NCBI GenBank assembly: GCA_965223265.1
Contig: OZ244999.1
Span: 7,232,001 to 7,296,000 of the forward strand
Origin: Planctomycetota bacterium
GTDB taxonomy: Bacteria; Planctomycetota; UBA8108; SXIK01
Direction: 5' to 3'
DNA: 64,000 nt
Position numbers and translations under genes: made by a program
Notes under the pieces: generated by a model
Databases searched by the model: none
Told to the model about the DNA's origin: nothing
The model's input: only the letters and a program-made list of their open reading frames with translations
Part shown: piece by piece, positions 10,008 through 20,744 of the stretch
How the letters are laid out: each line of letters opens with the position of its first letter
Position numbering within the stretch: position 1 is the first letter of the stretch

Positions 10008-10280
10008 TCACGTACCGCGGCGCCGATAGTCCGCGCACTTCTCGGCGTTCGAGCGCTCAGGGATCGAGCAAGTGCTCGGATGGTTGTACTTGCAGCTGTC
10101 GCACAAAAACGGTGCGTCGCCGAAATGCTCCTTCTCTGGCGCTGGCACTCGAAGAGCTAACACGCAGGCGACAATGAAAGCTGGTGCCAACAAGACCAGG
10201 CCATGCATTCGAAAAAGAGACCAAAGGACGATCCCGGCAATGACCATCACACCAAGAAACGTCGCCACGCGCCGATTCAC
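10008..10280 (-). CDS. Small two-TM membrane protein with C-terminal 4-Cys motif
   Basis: GTG start overlaps the upstream TGA stop; two hydrophobic segments; LCDSCKYNHPSTCSIPERSNAEKCADY. Confidence 0.65.
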   Translation of the reverse strand: MNRRVATFLGVMVIAGIVLWSLFRMHGLVLLAPAFIVACVLALRVPAPEKEHFGDAPFLCDSCKYNHPSTCSIPERSNAEKCADYRRRGT

Positions 10281-11695
10281 TCGTTCCTCAACGCCTGCGG
10301 AGCGCTACTCTCGGCGACCAAAGCCAGCACGGTCCGCAGCAGCACGACGACCATGGGACCGAGGATAAATCCAAGCGCCCCGAAACAGCCCACTCCACCC
10401 AGCATGGAGAGCAAGATCCACACTGGGTGCATGTGCAGGTCGTCCTTCAGGAGCAGTGGACGTAAGAGGTTATCGAGGCTCGAGATCACCACAGCCAGAG
10501 CTGCCATACAACCGGCCGCGACGAACTGCTCCTCCATGAGCAACCACGCCGTCAGCGGCACCGTAACGAGCGCTGTTCCGACCGCCGGCAGCAGTGCGGA
10601 GAAAGCCACCAACGCGCCCCAAAAAAGCGGCATAGAAAGCGCCCCGAAGAACGAAAAGGCCACCGTCGCAACACACCCTTGGACAAAAGCGGTCGCCAGC
10701 GTGCCGCGTACGATGCCCTTGGTGACGTTTTGTATTCTCTCGACGACGCGATTCTGGTACTGCGCGTCGACTGGCACCGCGTTCTTCACCGCGGCAAGAA
10801 TCTGTGGTCCGTCGCGGAAGAAGTAGAACATGATAAAGAGCATCAGGAGCGACTGAATCAATACGCCAACCGTGCTTGCCAGGAGCAACGCCAGGGTGCG
10901 GGTGAACCACGTCGCGACACCTGTCAGGCTATTCGGCGGCATGCGAAACCCGGGCGATGCTTCTTGCACGTCCGCGCGCGGTGGTGGCTCTGATGGGGCG
11001 TCACCGCTGAGCAAACCGAGCTCCTGAAGCTCGTGGTGCACGAGTTTCCACCAAGTGCGGCGCGATCGGTTTTCTTCCTCGTCAAAGAGAAGCGGTGCCA
11101 TCATCTCGACGCTCTCGATTTTAGCGAATACCGCGCTTACCGTCTCGCGGGCCGCCGCGCGTCGTTCCTCGGTCCATTGGGCCGCGATCCCCCAAACGAA
11201 TCCGATGGTCGGCAGAAAGACGAGCAAGATCAGGATGACGCACGTCAGTCCACTCGCAATGCCGCGACGCTTCTCGCCGACGCGCTTGAGGACGAAACTA
11301 AAGAGCGGGTAGGAGACGGACGTGATCACGATGCCGGCGACCATGGCCGAGATGAAGGGCCGAAAAATCAAATAGGCGGCAATCGCCAGGCCGACCAGAA
11401 GCACAATCAGCAGCGAGTAGCCGAGCCGACTGTCGCCCTGCGGCACGATCGCGTCCCGGTCTTTGGACGCTCGTTCTTGTGGCCTGCCCTGACGGCGACG
11501 TTGCGCACTATCGCCCACGCCTTCACGCCGCGAGCTCCTCCTCCGACGAGCAGTCGCCCCCTCGCCCTCTGGCAGATCCGGCCCCGTCCTGGAACGCCTG
11601 CGACGTCGCCCGTCGCGCCCGGAGCGTCGTCGACGCTGCCGCCGCCGGCCCTCCCCCGGCCCCTCGTGACCGGGATCTCCACCGAATTCAGTCAT
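10277..11695 (-). CDS. AI-2E family transporter with Arg-rich N-terminal extension
   Basis: Multiple TM helices; FYFFRDG, LPAVGTALV, DNLLRP, HPVWILLSMLGG..FGALGFILGP. Confidence 0.9.
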   Translation of the reverse strand: MTEFGGDPGHEGPGEGRRRQRRRRSGRDGRRRRRSRTGPDLPEGEGATARRRRSSRREGVGDSAQRRRQGRPQERASKDRDAIVPQGDSRLGYSLLIVLLVGLAIAAYLIFRPFISAMVAGIVITSVSYPLFSFVLKRVGEKRRGIASGLTCVILILLVFLPTIGFVWGIAAQWTEERRAAARETVSAVFAKIESVEMMAPLLFDEEENRSRRTWWKLVHHELQELGLLSGDAPSEPPPRADVQEASPGFRMPPNSLTGVATWFTRTLALLLASTVGVLIQSLLMLFIMFYFFRDGPQILAAVKNAVPVDAQYQNRVVERIQNVTKGIVRGTLATAFVQGCVATVAFSFFGALSMPLFWGALVAFSALLPAVGTALVTVPLTAWLLMEEQFVAAGCMAALAVVISSLDNLLRPLLLKDDLHMHPVWILLSMLGGVGCFGALGFILGPMVVVLLRTVLALVAESSAPQALRNE

Positions 11696-11801
11696 GTTCC
11701 CCCGCTCCGGTATCGTCGGCTCGCCCCGTCTTCGGCCGGCGTTCGCCCGTCGCGCTCAGAGATCCTGACCCCGTCCCCGACGCGACGCACCTAGCCTCGA
11801 G

Positions 11802-12323
11802 TTAGGCGTCGACCAGGGCGCTCTCCGAAAGATATCGCAGGATACCGCGAATCGAACAAAAGCCTACCGGTTTTCCATCCCGGACGAGCGCGATGTGACG
11901 GTAGCCACCTACCGCCATGTAGTTGAGCGCCTGGGCGATCGTGTCCGTCTCTTGGAGCGTGCGAGGGTTCTGCGTCATCACGTCTTTGAGCGGTACAGAA
12001 GAAAAGTCATCGCGGTCCGACTTCAATCGGGTGACGACATCGCGCTCCGTGAAAATCCCAACGAGTTCCCCGGCATCGTTGAGGACAAGAACGCTTCCAT
12101 AACGATGCGACCGCATTTGGCTGACCGCTTCCTGCACTGACTCTGATTCCTGCAGCAGAATCGGGCGCGGAGCGTTGAGCTGGGATAACGGGTCCTGCAG
12201 GATCACTTCGTGCAGCCGGCCCTGCTTCGGGCCGGGGACACTGAGGAACGTGAGGTCACTCCCACAGACCTCACAAGTGTCCTGCCCGAGCAAAAATTCT
12301 GCATCACAATCAGGACAACGCAT
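11802..12323 (-). CDS. CBS-pair protein with N-terminal zinc ribbon
   Basis: CPDC..CEVC; GIFTERD; MAVGGYRHI. Confidence 0.9.
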   Translation of the reverse strand: MRCPDCDAEFLLGQDTCEVCGSDLTFLSVPGPKQGRLHEVILQDPLSQLNAPRPILLQESESVQEAVSQMRSHRYGSVLVLNDAGELVGIFTERDVVTRLKSDRDDFSSVPLKDVMTQNPRTLQETDTIAQALNYMAVGGYRHIALVRDGKPVGFCSIRGILRYLSESALVDA

Positions 12324-12389
12324 GAATTTCCTCGATCTTTGCCACAGCGAAATCGGTCTGAACTTCGTCGCTAGTGGCCGAGTTCAACA

Positions 12390-13433
12390 TCAGTCGACCA
12401 CCCAAGTGTCACCGGCATTCAACAGCGCCGCGAGATCGCCGGCTCCCGGCTTGGCCACCTCGGCTTTCACTTGCTCGTCGATCATATCGGCGTACGTTGG
12501 CCGCTGAATCGCGCGGTACACGCCAAGCGGCACGGGAAACTCAGGGTATTCGAGCTGTGAAAGAAGATATGCGAGGGTCGGAGACGGATTCGTCTCATCA
12601 TGAACGAGAAGGTCGGTTTCCTTGACCCCACTTCCCAGTTCGACGACCTCCGGCGCCAGTCCGTTCATGCGCAAGCCGCGGTTGGACTCCTTGCCAAAAA
12701 TCATCGGCGCTCCGTGCTCGAGGTTGACGGTCTCATCGCTTCGAACCGGGCGGGCCGCGAAGTCCTCAAACGCACCGTCGTTGAAGATGTTGCAATTCTG
12801 AAAGACCTCCACAAACGCAGACCCCTTATGAGCTGCGGCGCGCTTCAGGATCCCCAGCATGTGCTTTGGATCTGCGTCGAGCGTCCGCGCCACGAAGGTA
12901 GCTTCCGCTGCCAACGCCAGACAAAGCGGGTTGATCGGTTGCTCAAGCGACCCGAACGGACTGGACTTCGTCTTCTTTCCAAGTTCGCTGGTCGGTGAGT
13001 ACTGCCCCTTCGTCAACCCATAGATGCGATTGTTGAAGAGCAGGATCTTGAGATCGACGTTGCGCCGCAAGGCGTGAATGAGATGATTTCCACCGATCGA
13101 GAGACCATCGCCGTCACCCGTGACCACCCACACCTGCAGGCGAGGGTTGGCAATCTTGAGTCCAGAGGCGAAGGTCGGAGCTCGGCCGTGAATACTGTGA
13201 AAGCCATAAGTATTCATGTAGTACGGAAATCGGCTCGAGCACCCGATTCCCGAGACGAACACGACGTCCTCACGACGCAGACCTTGCTCGGCGCAAACTT
13301 CCGGCAGTACTTTCTGCATCTGTGCCAGGATGGAGTAGTCACCGCATCCCGGACACCAGCGAACGACCTGGTCGCTCGTGAAGTCGTTCTTGGTGTAATT
13401 GGGAACCGATTCAGCGACGCCTGTTTCGCTCAT
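12390..13433 (-). CDS. korB: 2-oxoacid:ferredoxin oxidoreductase beta subunit
   Basis: WCPGCGDY, SGIGCSSR, HSIHGRA, GDGDG..NN TPP motif, YGLTKGQYSPT. Confidence 0.95.
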   Translation of the reverse strand: MSETGVAESVPNYTKNDFTSDQVVRWCPGCGDYSILAQMQKVLPEVCAEQGLRREDVVFVSGIGCSSRFPYYMNTYGFHSIHGRAPTFASGLKIANPRLQVWVVTGDGDGLSIGGNHLIHALRRNVDLKILLFNNRIYGLTKGQYSPTSELGKKTKSSPFGSLEQPINPLCLALAAEATFVARTLDADPKHMLGILKRAAAHKGSAFVEVFQNCNIFNDGAFEDFAARPVRSDETVNLEHGAPMIFGKESNRGLRMNGLAPEVVELGSGVKETDLLVHDETNPSPTLAYLLSQLEYPEFPVPLGVYRAIQRPTYADMIDEQVKAEVAKPGAGDLAALLNAGDTWVVD

Positions 13434-13439
13434 GGCAGA

Positions 13440-15308
13440 CTACAAAAGCTCCTCGATCTTGGCCTCAATCTCGTCGACGCGGAATGGTAGGCCTTGCACC
13501 TTGTTCATCGGAATGAAGTCGAAATTGAACTTGCCGCGGAGAAGCAGATACAGCTGTCCGAGGTTGAGCTCAGGCACCAAAATCTTCTCAAAGCGACCGC
13601 AGAGTTCCTCTATGTTGCTCGGCATCGGGTTGAGATACCGCAGGTGCACGGACGAGACCTTACCACCGCGCGTGCGCACACGCTCCACTGCCGTAGTCAC
13701 CGCACCAAACGTTCCGCCCCAACCGATCACCAGAACCTTTCCACCCTCTGGATTGCCGAAGACCTCCGCGGGCGGAATGTGCTGCGCGACGCGCGCCACC
13801 TTCTCCGCGCGCAGTCGAACCATGTGTTCGTGATTCTCGGGATCGTAGCTGACGTTGCCGGTGACGTCCTCCTTCTCGAGGCCACCAATGCGGTGCTCGA
13901 GCCCCGGAGTCCCGGGGATCGCCCAGGGTCGCGAGAGCGTGTCACGATCGCGCTGATAGGGCGTAAATCCATTCGATTCGCTATGAAACTTCACTTCGAT
14001 TCCAGGCAACTCCTCGGTCTTCGGTATCAGCCACGGCTCTGCACCGTTCGCAAGGTAGCCGTCCGACAAGTATATGACCGGAAGCATCGAACGCAGTGCA
14101 ATGCGCGTCGCCTCAATCGCCATGTGGAAGCACTCACCGGGGGTCGCCGGAGCGACAACGCAAACCGGACACTCGCCATTGCGTCCAAACATCGCCTGCA
14201 AGAGGTCCGCCTGTTCGGTTTTCGTCGGCAGGCCCGTCGACGGGCCACCGCGCTGCACGTTCACGACGACGAGTGGCAGCTCGGTCATGACGGCAAGTCC
14301 AAGCGCCTCGGATTTCAACGCAAGACCTGGTCCGCTGGTCCCGGTAAGCGCCAAGGCACCTCCGAAAGCAGCCCCTATGGCCGAGCCGATCGCAGCGATC
14401 TCGTCTTCCGCCTGAAACGTCTTAACGCCGAATCCTTTGTGACGCGAGAGGTAGTGCAGGATGTCGCTGGCGGGCGTGATCGGGTAGCTGCCGTAGAAGA
14501 GCTGGAGTCCGGACAGTTTCGAGGCTGCGATGAAGCCCATCGCCGTCGCCTCGTTGCCCGTGATCATGCGATACTTGCCTTTCGGCAACACGGCCTTCGC
14601 GACACGGGTCTGAACCGGCAAGATCTCGTTGGTCTCGGCGTAGTTGTAACCCGCTTGGAGGGCCAGTCGATTCGCCTGGGCAACCTGCGGCTTTTTGGCG
14701 AACTTGTTTTCGATGAGCTCGATCGTCTTCTCGAGTGGGCGATCGTAGATCCAATGAACCAACCCGAGCGCAAACATGTTCTTTGCCCGCATGCCCTCCT
14801 TGTGGGAGAGCCCTGTTTCCTCCACTGCCTTCGTCGTCAAGTTGGTGATCGGCGCCGAGACGACCTGATACGAGTCGAGCGTGTTGTCTTCGCGCGGGTC
14901 GACTTCGTATCCCGCCTTGGAAAGATTGTTGGCGCGGAAGGTGTCTTCGTTGATCACAACCAAGCCGCCTGGAATCAAATCCGGCAGGTTGGTTTTCAGC
15001 GCTGCGGGATTGAACGCGACGAGGGCATCCGGTGCATCGCCGGGAGTCCGAATGTCCAGCGAGCTGAAATTGAGCTGAAATCCACTCACTCCCGGCAAGG
15101 TCCCAGCCGGGGCGCGGATCTCCGCTGGGAAGTCAGGAAACGTACTGATGTCGTAGCCAGCGAGCGCGGAGTTGTGTGTGAAGAGAGATCCGGTGACCTG
15201 CATGCCGTCGCCGGAGTCGCCCGCAAACCGAATAACGACGCTCTCGCGGTCTAAGTACCGTGCTTTCTGTTCCTCGGTGACGGCGATCTCTCGCGTGTTG
15301 ACTGTCAT
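13440..15308 (-). CDS. korA: 2-oxoacid:ferredoxin oxidoreductase alpha subunit (gamma-alpha fusion)
   Basis: FAGDSGDGMQ, YPITPAS, QAEDEIAA, QRGGPSTGLPTK. Confidence 0.95.
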   Translation of the reverse strand: MTVNTREIAVTEEQKARYLDRESVVIRFAGDSGDGMQVTGSLFTHNSALAGYDISTFPDFPAEIRAPAGTLPGVSGFQLNFSSLDIRTPGDAPDALVAFNPAALKTNLPDLIPGGLVVINEDTFRANNLSKAGYEVDPREDNTLDSYQVVSAPITNLTTKAVEETGLSHKEGMRAKNMFALGLVHWIYDRPLEKTIELIENKFAKKPQVAQANRLALQAGYNYAETNEILPVQTRVAKAVLPKGKYRMITGNEATAMGFIAASKLSGLQLFYGSYPITPASDILHYLSRHKGFGVKTFQAEDEIAAIGSAIGAAFGGALALTGTSGPGLALKSEALGLAVMTELPLVVVNVQRGGPSTGLPTKTEQADLLQAMFGRNGECPVCVVAPATPGECFHMAIEATRIALRSMLPVIYLSDGYLANGAEPWLIPKTEELPGIEVKFHSESNGFTPYQRDRDTLSRPWAIPGTPGLEHRIGGLEKEDVTGNVSYDPENHEHMVRLRAEKVARVAQHIPPAEVFGNPEGGKVLVIGWGGTFGAVTTAVERVRTRGGKVSSVHLRYLNPMPSNIEELCGRFEKILVPELNLGQLYLLLRGKFNFDFIPMNKVQGLPFRVDEIEAKIEELL

Positions 15309-15562
15309 GGGCGTGCTAATGCCTTGGTACCCGTTCTACTTGCTGACATTCCGGGACTCGAGGGACGGGCCAGTGTTAGAATTCTACAAGCACTGTCGCT
15401 CGTTCGACCCACTATTTTGCTCGGCTGATCATCATCCTTGGACGACGTTACGAAATCGTCCATTCACCCGTTTGCGCCCTGACCTCCGCCTCCACAGCAC
15501 CCGAAACTCATCCGATAAGTTCGGGTGCCACCTGGTCACAAGACGGCGACTACAATCTTCGG

Positions 15563-16084
15563 CTATCCTCCTTCTCGCGTCTCGAACATTTGCTCCTGGT
15601 GCATGAGCGGCGGCAGATTGTAGATCTCTGTTGGAAAAAACTCCGCGAGATACGAGATCAGATCTCGCGCCGAGACCGCACCGACCAGCGTTCCATTCTC
15701 GTCGACGATGGGCAGATGACGGTAGCCGCCCTGTGTCATGAGTTTGATCGCTCGGGCCGAAGGGTCGTCGGCAGCAAGAAACCGCGGATTCGGCGTCATG
15801 AACTTCTCGATCGGCTCAGCTTCCGCCGCTTTGCGCGCCGCGCGATCGAGAGTCGCGATCTTGTCGAGAAAATCACGTTCCGTAAAGATCCCGATAGGCT
15901 TTGACCGCTCCGTCTCAGAGTCCACGACGACGACGCAACCGCTCGAGTCGTCGCGCAGCAACTCGACCACGCCGGCGAGGGTGGTCTGCGCTGTCGCGGT
16001 GGGCGGGTTCGTCTGGCAGAGAAACCGTATCGGCTCCTCGCTGAGTACGTTCTCAAGGAGTTTGGCGCTACCGTTGCGTGACAT
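15563..16084 (-). CDS. CBS-pair protein
   Basis: GIFTERD; MTQGGYRHLPIVD; paralog of 11802-12323. Confidence 0.9.
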   Translation of the reverse strand: MSRNGSAKLLENVLSEEPIRFLCQTNPPTATAQTTLAGVVELLRDDSSGCVVVVDSETERSKPIGIFTERDFLDKIATLDRAARKAAEAEPIEKFMTPNPRFLAADDPSARAIKLMTQGGYRHLPIVDENGTLVGAVSARDLISYLAEFFPTEIYNLPPLMHQEQMFETREGG

Positions 16085-16623
16085 CGTTCAAAATCCCCCC
16101 AGTCAACTCAGCCACCCACTCAGATACCGTACAAAGCCAAACGGGCCACGAAACGCGACACCGCTTTGCAATCCTCGGCCGGCGACGACTGAGGTGCACA
16201 GCGCACCGACTCGAAGTCTCAGAACCACCGCGGCCGTGAAATGACTACGGACGCGAGGTTCGTCTCAGAAGTTCACAGTACTCCAGACAACGTCAACCGA
16301 TACAGGTATCGGGCGTGCGAACACACTTCTCGAGCACTCTTTCTCAACAGTCATGGCGACACATTACGGGCCGCGGTGAATCCACAGAATGATCCCGTAA
16401 CGGATCCCCCAGCCCAGCCCGCGCGGCCCGCCGGCGGGATCAGCAGAAGCACAAGACCCGAGCGGTGACGTCACAACGTGCTCACTCGGGCGTTGGTCTG
16501 ACCCTCTCCAACGGGCTGCCAAACAGAATCTCGGGGCAAGATAACTCAGTCGCTGTCTAGAACAAACCCTTTTTTGGTAGGCTTTTTGGGCAATCGAAAA
16601 CAGGCTTCGAGAGGACCTCTTCA

Positions 16624-18216
16624 ATGACGACTCCGACCGCGCTCTGGCGACACTTGGAGACCTCGGTCTTGGCCGCGGCGGGCGTACAACTGGACGTCAG
16701 TCGCATGGGTTTGGAGCCACCCGCCCTGCAAGCGAACGCGCCGAAATGCCGTGCAGCGCTTGACGCCATGCGAGATCTCGAGGCGGGCGCCATCGCCAAT
16801 CCAGACGAACAGCGGCGCGTCGGCCACTACTGGTTGCGCACGCCAAAGCTGGCTCCCGATCCAGAGCTCACGCGGGCGGTCGTCGACATGAACGACCGGG
16901 TCAAGGATTTGGCGTCTCGCGTCCACCGCGGTGAGGTGCGCGGCTCGACTTCAGAGGCGTTGACGGAGCTCCTCGTTGTCGGCATTGGAGGCTCCGCACT
17001 CGGGCCTCAACTGTTGGCAGACGCGCTCGGGCAGGAATCCGACCGCATGCGGACGCACTTTCTCGACAACACTGACCCCGACGGATTCGATCGCGTCCTG
17101 CACCAGCTGGGCGAACGTCTCAAGAACACACTCGTTCTGGTGATTTCGAAATCGGGCGGCACGAAGGAGACGCGTAACGCCATGCTCGAGACCATGTCGG
17201 CGTTCCGCCAGCGCGGTCTCGAATTCGCCCCACACGCGGTCGCGATCACTGAGCCGTCGAGCGCGCTCGACGAGTTGGCGCGCCAGCAAGGCTGGCTGGA
17301 ACGGCTGCCGCTCTGGAGTTGGGTCGGTGGTCGCACGTCCCTCACCAGCGCTGTTGGCCTGGCACCAGCGGCGCTTCAAGGCATTGATATCGACGCGCTT
17401 CTCGATGGCGCCCGAGCTATGGACGCAGCGACGCGACAGCCCGAGCCGTCGACCAACGCCGCGATGCTGCTCGCGCTAGCGTGGTACGTAGCGGGAAACG
17501 GCCGCGGCGAGAAAGCCATGGTGGTGTTACCGTACAAAGACCGACTCGCCCTCTTCTCGCGTTATTTGCAGCAGCTGGTCATGGAGTCTCTCGGGAAGGA
17601 GCTCGACCTGAGTGGGCAGCTCGTCCACCAAGGGTTGACTGTGTACGGCAACAAGGGATCCACAGACCAACACTCCTTCGTGCAGCAGCTTCGCGATGGC
17701 CTCGACAACGTCTTCGTAACATTCATTCAAGTACTCAAGGATCGCGACGGCCCCTCGATCCAAGTCGAGGACGGCGTCAGTAGCGGCGATTACCTGCTCG
17801 GGTTCCTGCTCGGCACTCGGGACGCCTTGTACGAGGCTGGTCGCAAGTCTCTGTTGCTGACGCTCCCCGAAGTCTCGCCGAAGACGCTCGGAGCAGTTGT
17901 GGCGCTCTACGAGCGTGCCGTCGGCTTCTATGCTTCGCTGATCAACGTCAACGCCTACCATCAACCTGGAGTTGAAGCGGGAAAGAGGGCGGCGGCCGAC
18001 GCGCTCAGCCTTCAGGTGAGCGCCGTCAGAAGATTGAAGGAGATGGGACGAGCGGCGACGGCCGACGAGATCGCGACCGCGATGGGCGACCCTGAGCTCG
18101 CTGAGACCGTGTATCGCATGCTGGAGCACTTGGCATTCAACGGCCGACAGGTCCACCTCGAAGCTGGCGAGCGGCCGTGCGACGGGCGCTTCTCGCCGAT
18201 CGATTCACCCGACTGA
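16624..18216 (+). CDS. pgi: Glucose-6-phosphate isomerase (cyanobacterial/plastid-like subtype)
   Basis: [68 protein letters not shown]. Confidence 0.95.
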   Translation: MTTPTALWRHLETSVLAAAGVQLDVSRMGLEPPALQANAPKCRAALDAMRDLEAGAIANPDEQRRVGHYWLRTPKLAPDPELTRAVVDMNDRVKDLASRVHRGEVRGSTSEALTELLVVGIGGSALGPQLLADALGQESDRMRTHFLDNTDPDGFDRVLHQLGERLKNTLVLVISKSGGTKETRNAMLETMSAFRQRGLEFAPHAVAITEPSSALDELARQQGWLERLPLWSWVGGRTSLTSAVGLAPAALQGIDIDALLDGARAMDAATRQPEPSTNAAMLLALAWYVAGNGRGEKAMVVLPYKDRLALFSRYLQQLVMESLGKELDLSGQLVHQGLTVYGNKGSTDQHSFVQQLRDGLDNVFVTFIQVLKDRDGPSIQVEDGVSSGDYLLGFLLGTRDALYEAGRKSLLLTLPEVSPKTLGAVVALYERAVGFYASLINVNAYHQPGVEAGKRAAADALSLQVSAVRRLKEMGRAATADEIATAMGDPELAETVYRMLEHLAFNGRQVHLEAGERPCDGRFSPIDSPD

Positions 18217-18332
18217 GCGCGCTTTCGTCGGCTACTATCGACCAGTGCTGCTGCGGAAAAAAATCGCCAGCAAGCGGTTTTTGCGGGCATTTTCTGCAAC
18301 ATTGGGACTTCGAGGCTTAGCCTCGAGGTTTG

Positions 18333-18511
18333 CAGCCCGTTGAAAAAGTCATTCGGCCGAGGAAACTGGTCTCTTCACGCCCAGACGGGCCGCGTCAATA
18401 CTCGCCATCAGAATCGAAAGAAGAGGGCCCGAAGATTGCCTGCGTTTGCCGCGGCCGATCTGGACGCGAAGCGACCAGTTTTCGGCTCGAAGCACTTTTT
18501 CAGGCAGGTTG
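18333..18511 (+). mobile_element. Fold-back MITE family A, 179-bp copy
   Basis: CAGCCCGTTGAAAAAGTCATTCGGCCGAGGAAACTGG ... CCAGTTTTCGGCTCGAAGCACTTTTTCAGGCAGGTTG; long imperfect inverted ends. Confidence 0.8.
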
Positions 18512-18600
18512 TTAGCCTTGGACGTTCAAGCCGGTCGCAGCTCGCCTGCGAACATGAGAAAAGAAGAATCCACTAGGATGTAGGAAGGGCGTCGACGACT

Positions 18601-20319
18601 TTGTCCCAGATCTTCGCGTCGCTGCGGCGCCCTAAGGCGACCGGCCTGACCATCCTCAGCCTACTCGTCCTTTACGGGTTCGGCCTGTTCGATCACGACC
18701 TATGGACTCCGGACGAGCCGCGCGTCGCGGCCGTCGGCAAGTCCGTGGCGGACGGAGAGTGGATCATCCCGCTGCTCAACGACCGCCCTTTTGTCGAGCA
18801 GCCGCCGCTCTTCGCGTGGTGTGTCGGCTCGATCTACCGCATCTTCGGGGTTGAGCGGGCGGAGCGCGCTCGCATCCTCTCGGCGCTTTTCGGCGTCGGC
18901 ACACTCGTGGTCACTGGCCTACTCAGCGCGCATCTCTGCCGCGGACCGCGATCTGCAAGGGTCGGACTCCTGAGCGCAGCATCACTGGCGCTTTCGGTAG
19001 AGTTCTTCACCACCGCCCATCGCCTGGTCGTCGACGGCGCCCTGACCTTTTTGACGACCAGCGCCGCTCTAGCGGCTTGGGCGTGCGCTGAGGCAAGCAC
19101 GCGGTGGCGACGCTGGATGGCGGCTTTCCTCTGCGGCCTTACCATCAGCCTGGCGTTTCTGACGAAGGGCTTGATCGGCATCGCGGCGCCGACTCTGTTC
19201 GTGGTCGCCGTATTTCTCCATCGACGAGACGCCATTCGCCTCGTGACCTTGCCGCTGATTGTGATGACGACGGCGCTCTTCGCCGTCGTCGTCGGTAGCT
19301 GGTTTTATCTGGCCTGGACCGAGCTCGGTGGCGACGCTTTTCGACTAATCTTTATCGACAACACACTCGAGCGCATCTGGAGCACGCAGAAGGGGCGCAG
19401 TCACGTGCGACCGTTTCACTATTACATCGTTCACTTTCCCGTTCACTTCCTCCCCGCCACACTGCTGTTGCCGGGGGCGTTGATGTTCGCAGGCCGGCGC
19501 TCGCCGGGCGCCAGCGGCAAGTCTTCAGCAGAGCCGCAACACTCGGGGAAAAACGACAAAGGGGACCTGCAGGGCGGAGCACGGATTGCGCTCACCTGGT
19601 TCATTGCCGGCTTCGTTCTCCTCAGCCTCGCTAGCACCAAACGAGCCATCTACCTCCTCCCATTCTTCCCTGGCGCCGCGATCGCCTGCGGCGCCTGGCT
19701 CGATCAGGTCGTCAGCGGTGAAGAGCGCTCACGCTACGGCAAGATGATCGCCCCCCTCTTGGCGATCTGTCTCGCCGCTGCCGCGATTGCCGTTCCACCC
19801 GTCGCCAGGTTGCTGCCGGAGTTTCCCTTATCGTTGGCGGTGATCACGACAGCGGTCGGCATCGTGTTCGCGGCTCTCGTCGTGCACTTCCGCGCCCAGC
19901 CAACACGCTTTCTGTGCGCCTTTCTCGTCGGTTTCACGTTGGTGGTCGTGGGCGCCGAACGGACGCTGCTCGGCTACGACCGCATCAAGAGCCTCCGAGA
20001 CGTGACGCGAACCATTGCAGCGACGATCCCGCCGCCGGCCGCGATCTACCTCTTCGATCCCGACGAAACGACCGAAGGCCTCTTCCCTCTCTATGCTGAT
20101 CGTAACGCCGTGAGTCTCTTCACGGCGACCGAGCTCAAGGACGCAGCCCAGCGCGATTCCGCGGCCGGTGGTGGCATCTACGTGGTGGCGATCGACAAAG
20201 CTTACCGCCGTCGCCAGCGACGCCGCGATGTCGTCCGGGACCTGGGTGGAGAGCTCCTGTTCGAAGACGTTCGGCAGGAGTCGCGCGCGATTCGTCTCTT
20301 TCGGATGCCCACGCCATGA
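18601..20319 (+). CDS. ArnT/PMT-family (GT-C) membrane glycosyltransferase
   Basis: LWTPDEPR, EQPPLFAW, FLTKGLIG, HVRPFHYY, STKRAIYLLP; many TM helices. Start uncertain. Confidence 0.88.
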   Translation: MSQIFASLRRPKATGLTILSLLVLYGFGLFDHDLWTPDEPRVAAVGKSVADGEWIIPLLNDRPFVEQPPLFAWCVGSIYRIFGVERAERARILSALFGVGTLVVTGLLSAHLCRGPRSARVGLLSAASLALSVEFFTTAHRLVVDGALTFLTTSAALAAWACAEASTRWRRWMAAFLCGLTISLAFLTKGLIGIAAPTLFVVAVFLHRRDAIRLVTLPLIVMTTALFAVVVGSWFYLAWTELGGDAFRLIFIDNTLERIWSTQKGRSHVRPFHYYIVHFPVHFLPATLLLPGALMFAGRRSPGASGKSSAEPQHSGKNDKGDLQGGARIALTWFIAGFVLLSLASTKRAIYLLPFFPGAAIACGAWLDQVVSGEERSRYGKMIAPLLAICLAAAAIAVPPVARLLPEFPLSLAVITTAVGIVFAALVVHFRAQPTRFLCAFLVGFTLVVVGAERTLLGYDRIKSLRDVTRTIAATIPPPAAIYLFDPDETTEGLFPLYADRNAVSLFTATELKDAAQRDSAAGGGIYVVAIDKAYRRRQRRRDVVRDLGGELLFEDVRQESRAIRLFRMPTP

Positions 20320-20744
20320 CCCATCCGTTGATCGAGTTCTCACAATCGATCCCACCGCCGCTATGGCTGGTTCTCCTGGCAGCCGCTTTTCACACTGCCG
20401 TCGCTATCTGCACGAGACCCGAGAAGCCAGCGCGGCCGGGGCGTCCGAGCCACGTCAGCGGCGAAGACTACCGGACGCCACGCTCCGATTCCAGACTCGC
20501 CGCGCCGTGGCCGCCGACTGGTGCTTCTCACCGCGCGAGCAGCGTGACGAAAACTACGAGCAGCGCTCGGTTGGAACGCCCTGTCGCGCTTCCTTGCGCT
20601 GCTACGATGTTCGCTGCCCCACCGTTCGCGTTCTTGGTCGCGGCGGCACACTCCCGCCCGCTCCCACTCCTGGCGGTGATGCTATCTTTCGCTATCTTTC
20701 TCTGCGTCGCCCCGACGGCGACGCGACATCAGCGCGATTCGTGA
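20316..20744 (+). CDS. Possible small membrane protein translationally coupled to the ArnT-like gene
   Basis: ATGA overlap with the upstream stop; hydrophobic N- and C-terminal segments; no recognised family. Confidence 0.3.
   Translation: MTHPLIEFSQSIPPPLWLVLLAAAFHTAVAICTRPEKPARPGRPSHVSGEDYRTPRSDSRLAAPWPPTGASHRASSVTKTTSSARLERPVALPCAATMFAAPPFAFLVAAAHSRPLPLLAVMLSFAIFLCVAPTATRHQRDS

Noticed and set aside
13494-15254. 586-aa plus-strand ORF, and similar long antisense ORFs such as 22880-24754 and 50159-51457
   Set aside because: Shadow ORFs opposite well-supported genes in GC-rich DNA; no recognisable motifs.
16085-16623. 540-bp intergenic region before pgi with short hairpins and a T-rich patch as a possible ncRNA or IS scar
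   Set aside because: No recognisable family motif or second copy in the window; consistent with divergent promoters.
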